Source of the DNA: Candidatus Nitrosomarinus catalinensis
GTDB lineage: Archaea; Thermoproteota; Nitrososphaeria; Nitrososphaerales; Nitrosopumilaceae
Length of the DNA stretch: 32,000 nt
Direction: 5' to 3'
NCBI RefSeq assembly: GCF_002156965.1
Contig: NZ_CP021324.1
Coordinates: 126,988 to 158,987, forward strand
Both the position numbers and the translations under genes were made by a program. The notes beneath the pieces were generated by a model. That model was not told the DNA's origin. It did no database searches and worked only from the letters and a program-made list of their open reading frames with translations. Positions 7,798-13,989 of the stretch are shown one piece after another (within the stretch, counting starts at the first letter, position 1; every line of letters begins with the position of its first letter).

Positions 7798-9159
7798 TTG
7801 GAAAATTCTTCAAATAATTTAAAAAGATCAGGATATAATTTTCTTAGTTTACTTAACGATATTAAACGTCGACCTGAGGATGCAGCTAATGAATTAGGTG
7901 TAGAAATTGAAGAAATTAATGCAATAATTGAAGGTAGAAAAGAAATTTCTTTTGAATTAATTTTAAAAGCAATTAGTATATGGCCAGTTAATCCAAGAGA
8001 TTTTTTTCTGATTAACGATGATTGTCCTAATGGAGTCAAAATAATGAGATCCAAAGAATCTATTCAATCTTCTAGGATTATGGATAGAGGTGGATTTCCA
8101 TACTATGAATACCGAGATACTGCTATGAGTAGTGTTTCATTATTTAGACCAGAATGGATTGAAGAACTTTGTTATGTTGACAACAATGATGCTGAAAACA
8201 CAAAAGTTCAATGGAATAAAGGACATTTCATGCATCAATTTACCTATTTTATCGGTGATGTAAATTATTATTATATTGGAGAAGATAATCAAAAAAAAGT
8301 TTTTGTCACAAAGACTGGAGATTCTGTATATGGAACTCCATTCAGACCTCATACTTTTACAACTAGAATAAATGCTGAAAAAAATGGATTAATTTTAGCA
8401 CTAACATATGGAAATAAAATTGCTGCAGATACACAGCAAGAATTATCTGCTATTGGTCCAGAATTAGGCATTCAATATCACCTAGATTTTGAAACTATAG
8501 AAAAAGCATTTTCATCCATACTTAAATTTAGTATTGATGCTGCAAGTATTTCAATTGAAGAATTATCAAATAGAACCGGTATTGAAGAATCAAGAATTAA
8601 TGAATTTTTAATTGGAACTTTCCCTGTCCCAGGATTTGATACAATCCAAAATCTTGCTAAAGCATTATCTATCAACTCTCGTGATTTATTACCTCCAGAT
8701 ATTATTGAAGATAAAATTTTACCAAAAACATTTACTGATTCTAAACGGTGGTATTACCCATCAGATTCTAAAGCTTATGAAATGATAGAATTATCTCAAT
8801 CTCGCAACCTTCCATTTTCTAAATCTTTAGAAATTAATATTTTAGAAGAATCAAATGATATTCTGGATCTTAAAGTTGGATTACATCAATGGCTTTATAA
8901 TATTGGCAAATCCCCTATTCGCTTGAATTGGAAATTAGGTGAAAAAATTTATCAAGAAAATATTTTACCAAATGATTCAGTTTACATTAAACCATTTGTA
9001 GAACATAGTATGAGAGGATCTGGAAAATTAATGGTTCTTAGAATTGGTGGCCGTATGACAGGAGATGCTCAAAGAGAATTTTCTAATCTTAGTAAACATG
9101 ATGCCCATAGAGCTATTAATGAAACTCAAATGTGGTTTGATGCTAAAACTGAGCATTAA
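7798..9159 (+). CDS. mpnS: MpnS/HEPD-family non-heme Fe(II) 2-hydroxyethylphosphonate dioxygenase (methylphosphonate synthase homologue, bi-cupin with two HTH-like subdomains)
   Basis: Long stretches match what I recall of Nitrosopumilus maritimus MpnS: NDIKRRPEDAANELGV, IWPVNPRDF, SSRIMDRGGFPYYEYRDTAMS, FRPEWIEELC, QWNKGHFMHQFTYFIG, LILALTYG, LKVGLHQWLYNIG, YIKPFVEH and LRIGGRMTGDAQRE. A 2-His-1-Gln triad is present (H143, Q147, H185). The start is TTG. The gene sits beside ppm/ppd/Fe-ADH. Confidence 0.85.
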   Translation: MENSSNNLKRSGYNFLSLLNDIKRRPEDAANELGVEIEEINAIIEGRKEISFELILKAISIWPVNPRDFFLINDDCPNGVKIMRSKESIQSSRIMDRGGFPYYEYRDTAMSSVSLFRPEWIEELCYVDNNDAENTKVQWNKGHFMHQFTYFIGDVNYYYIGEDNQKKVFVTKTGDSVYGTPFRPHTFTTRINAEKNGLILALTYGNKIAADTQQELSAIGPELGIQYHLDFETIEKAFSSILKFSIDAASISIEELSNRTGIEESRINEFLIGTFPVPGFDTIQNLAKALSINSRDLLPPDIIEDKILPKTFTDSKRWYYPSDSKAYEMIELSQSRNLPFSKSLEINILEESNDILDLKVGLHQWLYNIGKSPIRLNWKLGEKIYQENILPNDSVYIKPFVEHSMRGSGKLMVLRIGGRMTGDAQREFSNLSKHDAHRAINETQMWFDAKTEH

Positions 9160-9200
9160 GAATAACATTTAAGATAGAAAAATAAAAAATATTTGAAATT

Positions 9201-10304
9201 TTGAAAAAAAATCTAATAATTATTACAATTGATGGAGCTAGATTTGATAGGGCTAAACATTCTAAAATTTATAATAAAAACAACTCTGTTTTCTTGTCAC
9301 AATGTATTACTTATGGCCCACACACAATTGCAGCAATGCATGCAATTTTTAGTGGTAGTTATGGTAGTAGAACAGGAACAAATAGTTATTGGTCCACTTA
9401 TAAATTTAAAAAACAAGAATTTCATACTTTAACTGAATATTTGAGTGAAGAAAATTATTTTACTCATGCAGATATACATAGTGAAATTGTAATTCCTAAA
9501 CAAGGATTTGATATTTTTAATGTATATGATGAAAATGAAAATTTAACATTACGGCATTCAAAATTATTGGAAAAATTTTCTTCAGAGTTTAAATCTAAAA
9601 ATTTTTTCTTGTATTTACATTATGATAAAATTCATTCAGGCATTACAGAATCTGTTTTAAAAAAATTTGATAATTTTAGTAGTGAATATTTTAAAAACCA
9701 AGAAAATAATAAAAAAAATTATGATAAATTATTTTATGAATCTGAATTATATCTAGAACAAATATTTAATCAATTAGAATCTTTAAATCTTTTAAAAAAT
9801 TCCCTTGTACTTGTTCTTTCTGATCATGGGATTAGTGTTGGTGAAAAATTTGGTGAACGAGCTTATGGTGCATTTTGTTATGATTACACATTAAAGACAT
9901 TTTGTTATGTTTATAATTCTGAATTAAATTCTCGAGAAGTTCCAAATCAAGTAAGAACAGTTGATTTCATGCCTACAATCTTAGAATTACTACAAATTCC
10001 TTTAAAATCAAATTTTCAAATTCTTGATGGTGAGTCTTTGATTCCTCTCATTAAGGGTGAAAAATATGAAGAAAAAATTGCATTTTCTGAAACTGGAAAT
10101 CCATTAAAAGAAAATAAACCACCAAAAGAACCAAACACTAAATCTGTTCGTACTTCTGAATGGAAATTAATTTACAATACCTATGATAATACTAAAGAAT
10201 TATACAATTTACAATCTGATCCTGATGAGAAAGAAAATTTAGTTGGGACGAATTTGGAAATTGAAGAAATATTGTGGTTAGAATTACAAAAACATATGGT
10301 ATAA
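9201..10304 (+). CDS. Second alkaline-phosphatase-superfamily 'sulfatase-like' hydrolase/transferase with Thr nucleophile
   Basis: IIITIDGARFD and LSDHGIS are present. GPHTIAAMHAIFSGSYG aligns Thr with the sulfatase formylglycine position. The start is TTG. Confidence 0.75.
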   Translation: MKKNLIIITIDGARFDRAKHSKIYNKNNSVFLSQCITYGPHTIAAMHAIFSGSYGSRTGTNSYWSTYKFKKQEFHTLTEYLSEENYFTHADIHSEIVIPKQGFDIFNVYDENENLTLRHSKLLEKFSSEFKSKNFFLYLHYDKIHSGITESVLKKFDNFSSEYFKNQENNKKNYDKLFYESELYLEQIFNQLESLNLLKNSLVLVLSDHGISVGEKFGERAYGAFCYDYTLKTFCYVYNSELNSREVPNQVRTVDFMPTILELLQIPLKSNFQILDGESLIPLIKGEKYEEKIAFSETGNPLKENKPPKEPNTKSVRTSEWKLIYNTYDNTKELYNLQSDPDEKENLVGTNLEIEEILWLELQKHMV

Positions 10305-11039
10305 TTAAGAAAATAACTTTCTAGCGCGCTCTAAATCTTGAACTGTATCAATTTCACACCAATTCCCATTAATTTCTATAGGAGTAATGGAATTATTATT
10401 ATCTATTAAATCCTGTAACATATTTGTTAAATACCATTTTTTAATAATTTCTATTTTATTCTTAGATTTTTCTAAATTTGTATAATGTTTTAAAAATTCT
10501 TTTGATGCTTTTTGTGATAATTTAATTATTCCAATAAATTCACTAATTTTAAAATTATTTACTGGAGTTAGATTTTTCATAATTTTAAAAACTAAATTAT
10601 TTTTAATTAATACTAAATCTGCTTGTGAAATTGGATGTTCAGTTCTTCCAATATACTTTTTTTCCCAATCTGAATCTACTGCAATATTAAAATTATTCTC
10701 TGAATTAATAATTTTAGATATTACTTGATTATCAAATAAAACATCTGAAAATAAAATAAGTAATTCATCATTAAAATAATTTCGTCCCTCCATCAAACTA
10801 CCTAATTGTTCATGATTTTCATAAAAATTATCTTTCACATATTTTATTTTTTTTTCTAAAAATTTTTCATGATTTGGACCAGTAATTATGATAATTTCTG
10901 TTACTCCATTAGATTGAAGTAACTCTATTTGTCGTTTTAATATTGATTTTCCATTAATGTCTATCAATGATTTAGGCATTTTTTTTGTAAGGTTACCTAA
11001 TCTAGTACCATAACCTGCTGCAATTATTAATGCTTTCAT
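10305..11039 (-). CDS. Nucleotidyltransferase (LicC/PntC-like cytidylyltransferase fold), last gene of the ppm operon
   Basis: The N-terminal MKALIIAAGYGTRLG...PKSLI is the G-x-G-T-R-(L/M) NTP-transferase signature. It lies 6 nt downstream of ppd-beta on the same strand. Confidence 0.8.
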   Translation of the reverse strand: MKALIIAAGYGTRLGNLTKKMPKSLIDINGKSILKRQIELLQSNGVTEIIIITGPNHEKFLEKKIKYVKDNFYENHEQLGSLMEGRNYFNDELLILFSDVLFDNQVISKIINSENNFNIAVDSDWEKKYIGRTEHPISQADLVLIKNNLVFKIMKNLTPVNNFKISEFIGIIKLSQKASKEFLKHYTNLEKSKNKIEIIKKWYLTNMLQDLIDNNNSITPIEINGNWCEIDTVQDLERARKLFS

Positions 11040-11045
11040 GATTTT

Positions 11046-11594
11046 CTATATTGATTTTATTACTCTGTCTCTAATACTTTTAGGATTCCATGAAACCCTT
11101 TTACTTCTTTCTTTACTTGTAGATATTTTTATCAAAAGAAATATTGGCCCTTGTAATTTTTTAATATCTTTTAAAACTGATATTAATTTAGTTTTTGTTT
11201 GAATTACAAAAATTTTATAATTTGCAGTCTTTGCAATTTTTGCTAAATTTATTTGAGATGAATTTGTTGGTTGACTTCCTGTAGATTCATGACTATTGTT
11301 ATCAAATACTATATGTACCAAATTTTTTGGTTTTAAACTCCCAATTGTAACTAAAGATCCCAAATTCATTAAAATATTTCCATCACCATCAAAAACAAAA
11401 ATTTGTTTTTTAGGATTTTTTAATGCAATACCTAATCCAATTGAAGATGCTAATCCCATTGAACCAATCATGTAAAAATTTGATTCTTTATCATTTGTTT
11501 CAAATAAATCTCTACTCATAAACCCATTTGCTGACACAATGGGATTTTTACCAATGAATTTTCCAATTATTGTTACTGCTTCTTTTCTAATCAT
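11046..11594 (-). CDS. ppd: Phosphonopyruvate decarboxylase, beta subunit (TPP diphosphate-binding domain)
   Basis: GDGNILMNLGSLVTIGSLKPKNLVHIVFDNN is the GDG-X(24-27)-NN thiamine-diphosphate motif. It overlaps the alpha subunit by 8 nt (CATGATTAG). Confidence 0.85.
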   Translation of the reverse strand: MIRKEAVTIIGKFIGKNPIVSANGFMSRDLFETNDKESNFYMIGSMGLASSIGLGIALKNPKKQIFVFDGDGNILMNLGSLVTIGSLKPKNLVHIVFDNNSHESTGSQPTNSSQINLAKIAKTANYKIFVIQTKTKLISVLKDIKKLQGPIFLLIKISTSKERSKRVSWNPKSIRDRVIKSI

Positions 11595-12075
11595 GAAACA
11601 TTCTCCTGATTATGAGAGCACATGGCTTTTTTTCTTTTAATTGTTTTAAAGCCCAATCACACTTAACTTTCCAGTTTTTTTCTGTCAAAACTTGTGATTT
11701 TAATCCAATAATTTTTAATAATTCAGGTTGAATTTTACCAATTTTCAAATGTTCTGGAGCATCATCTGCAAGATATCCTCTCCATCCAATTAAAAAAATT
11801 AATGGAATTTCATAAAGTTGTATGAGGGAAGTGATAGTACTAATAGAATTAGCAAAACCTGCATTTTGCATAAAAACTAAAGAGTTACTTTTTGAAAGAC
11901 TCATTCCAGCTGCAATTCCTATTGCTTCTTCTTCTCTAGTTGCAATTATTGAATTATTATTTTTTAAACATTCATCAATAAAATGTTTTAATGTAGAATC
12001 GGGAACACCAACAAAATTTTCAATTTTTTTATTTTTTAAATAATGAAATATTTTTCGTTGTTCTTCTTCATTCAA
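11587..12075 (-). CDS. ppd: Phosphonopyruvate decarboxylase, alpha subunit (TPP pyrimidine-binding domain)
   Basis: GVPDSTLKHF...REEEAIGIAAG...MQNAGFANS...IPLIFLIGWRG...DAPEH resembles the ComD/Ppd N-domain. The TTG start overlaps the ppm stop (TTGA). Confidence 0.85.
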   Translation of the reverse strand: MNEEEQRKIFHYLKNKKIENFVGVPDSTLKHFIDECLKNNNSIIATREEEAIGIAAGMSLSKSNSLVFMQNAGFANSISTITSLIQLYEIPLIFLIGWRGYLADDAPEHLKIGKIQPELLKIIGLKSQVLTEKNWKVKCDWALKQLKEKKPCALIIRRMFHD

Positions 12076-12971
12076 TTTATGTAACCCATTTTTTTCAAAT
12101 CCCGCTCAATGTCTGATTCTTGTTTTTTAATTTCATACATTTCTTGAAGATGAAAAATTTTATCCATTGTTGTCATATTGGTTTCAACTTCACTAAGACT
12201 TTTTGCAGATGACAATTGTTTTAGATGTTCCATCATTGCCCAATGTGCTACTCTTAATGATTGATTTGCATAAATTACCATAGAGATTTTATTTTTTTGA
12301 AGTTCATCTATTGTAACAGTGGGATAAGTTGTAGGAATAGCAATTATAGGAATTTTTCCATCCCAAGAATTACAAAATTCAAAGATCTCTTTTGGAGAAT
12401 TTTTCTTAGAATGAATTAGTATTGCATCTGCACCTGCATTTTCATAAGCTGTTGCACGCTTTAATGCCTCCTTAATTCCTTGACCAGATATCAATGCTTC
12501 AATTCTAGCAATAATCATGAAGTTAGGATTATTTTTTGCTGTTTTTCCTGCAATTATTTTTGCAACAAAATCTTTTTCAGAAAGTAACTCTTGCTTACCA
12601 TCTTCAAGTAAGCTATTTTGTTTTGGAAAAATTTTATCTTCTATACATATTGCTGCAATTCCTGCTGATTCATATTTTTTCACTAAATGACTTACGTTGC
12701 TTGGACCACCAAAACCTGTATCACAATCTGCAATTATTGGTATTGAACATGCATCAGCCATACTGGATGCTGTAGAAAGAAATTCAGTCATAGTCAAAAT
12801 ACTTGCATCAGGTAATGCGTGAGTTGCAGAAATCGCAAAACTTCCTGCCCAAACAGCATCAAAATCACTTAATTCTACTAATTTTGCAGACATTGCATCA
12901 AAAGCGCCTGCAACCTTCAAAATTGGTTTCTCCTTTAATTTCGTGCGTAAAATATTTGCTCCTTCATTCAT
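12072..12971 (-). CDS. ppm: Phosphoenolpyruvate phosphomutase (PEP mutase)
   Basis: It has the isocitrate-lyase/PEP-mutase fold. CIEDKIFPKQNSL contains the EDK-X5-NS signature that separates true PEP mutases from other family members. ADCDTGFGG is also present. Confidence 0.92.
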   Translation of the reverse strand: MNEGANILRTKLKEKPILKVAGAFDAMSAKLVELSDFDAVWAGSFAISATHALPDASILTMTEFLSTASSMADACSIPIIADCDTGFGGPSNVSHLVKKYESAGIAAICIEDKIFPKQNSLLEDGKQELLSEKDFVAKIIAGKTAKNNPNFMIIARIEALISGQGIKEALKRATAYENAGADAILIHSKKNSPKEIFEFCNSWDGKIPIIAIPTTYPTVTIDELQKNKISMVIYANQSLRVAHWAMMEHLKQLSSAKSLSEVETNMTTMDKIFHLQEMYEIKKQESDIERDLKKMGYIN

Positions 12972-13034
12972 GTGAATCGTACTAATGTTACTGATGATTT
13001 AATCTATAATAACAGATCTTTTTAACACAATTAT
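12972..13034. promoter_or_regulatory. Divergent promoter region between the ppm operon (-) and the Fe-ADH gene (+)
   Basis: A 63-nt A/T-rich gap separates the two starts. The TATA-like AATCTATAATAA (about 13001-13012) lies about 25-30 nt upstream of the GTG start at 13035. TTTAAT/ATTAAA on the other strand lies upstream of ppm. Confidence 0.3.
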
Positions 13035-13979
13035 GTGTGGAGTATAAAACAACCTTCAAAAATAATTTTTGGAGAGAACTCGGTACGAGAGTTTACATTT
13101 CCTGAGAAATGTTTAATCATTACTTCTAAAGGGGCAAAATCTAGGGGTTGGTTAGATTATTCCGGATTAAATAATCAATTAATTTTTGAGAATATTGAAT
13201 CAAATCCTTCTATAGAAACAACTAAAGAAATAATTTCAAAATTTCAAAATTCTGATTTTACTCATGTTGTTGGAATGGGTGGGGGTAGTTCAATGGATGT
13301 AGCTAAATACTGTGCATTTAAAATGAATAAATTAAAAATTATGATACCGACCACTTTTGGCAGTGGAAGTGAAGTGACTAGAATTTCGGTTCTAAAAGTT
13401 GATGGTAAGAAAAGAAGTTTTCATGACGATAAATTATTTGCAGATATTGCAATAATTGATTCTCATTTCTTAGAAAACACTCCTGATTTAATACGGAAAA
13501 ATTCATTTGTTGATGCATGTGCTCAATGTACTGAAGCATATGATAGTAAAAATTCTAATTATTATACAAAATTTCTTTGTGAAAAAGCATTTGATCTTTT
13601 GGAGAGTGGATTAAATTCAAATAATTCTAAAAAAATTGTATTGGGATCTTTGATTTCTGGATTAGGATTTGGTAATTCATCTACAACTTTGGGACATGCT
13701 TTATCTTATGTTTATTCTAATGAAGGTTATTCTCACGGTCATGCATTAGCTTTTACTACTTTAATTTCTCATAAATTCAATAATTCTAAATTCTTTAAAA
13801 GATTTACCTCATTAATCCAAAAATTAAATTTTGAAAGAATTCATCTAAATGAAAATTCTGATTTTGCATCTGAAATAATTTATCAAGATAGAAAGCATTT
13901 AGATAACAATCCGAAATCCATATCAAAATCAGATATCTCTAATCTATTACAAGAAATTGAAAAAATTAATTTAATTTAA
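13035..13979 (+). CDS. Group III iron-containing alcohol dehydrogenase (phosphonoacetaldehyde reductase candidate, giving 2-hydroxyethylphosphonate)
   Basis: GMGGGSSMDVAKY is the GGGSxxDxAK motif. His-rich metal motifs are present (GHALSYVYSNEGYSHGHALAF). The start is GTG. Context is divergent from ppm-ppd. Confidence 0.8.
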   Translation: MWSIKQPSKIIFGENSVREFTFPEKCLIITSKGAKSRGWLDYSGLNNQLIFENIESNPSIETTKEIISKFQNSDFTHVVGMGGGSSMDVAKYCAFKMNKLKIMIPTTFGSGSEVTRISVLKVDGKKRSFHDDKLFADIAIIDSHFLENTPDLIRKNSFVDACAQCTEAYDSKNSNYYTKFLCEKAFDLLESGLNSNNSKKIVLGSLISGLGFGNSSTTLGHALSYVYSNEGYSHGHALAFTTLISHKFNNSKFFKRFTSLIQKLNFERIHLNENSDFASEIIYQDRKHLDNNPKSISKSDISNLLQEIEKINLI

Positions 13980-13989
13980 TAAAAATTTT

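Noticed and set aside
7798-9159. XRE-type helix-turn-helix transcriptional regulator, based on the HTH-like segments NDIKRRPEDAANELGV... and SIEELSNRTGIEESRINEF...
   Set aside because: The HTH-like subdomains are part of the HEPD/MpnS/HppE bi-cupin architecture. The 2-His-1-Gln cupin motifs and extensive similarity to MpnS make an enzyme call far more likely.
13035-13979. Fe-ADH (DHQS-like superfamily) as the missing EboD cyclase of the ebo-like operon
   Set aside because: It has group III alcohol dehydrogenase motifs (GGGSxxDxAK and the His cluster). It lies 5 kb away, divergent from ppm-ppd, where a phosphonoacetaldehyde reductase is required.
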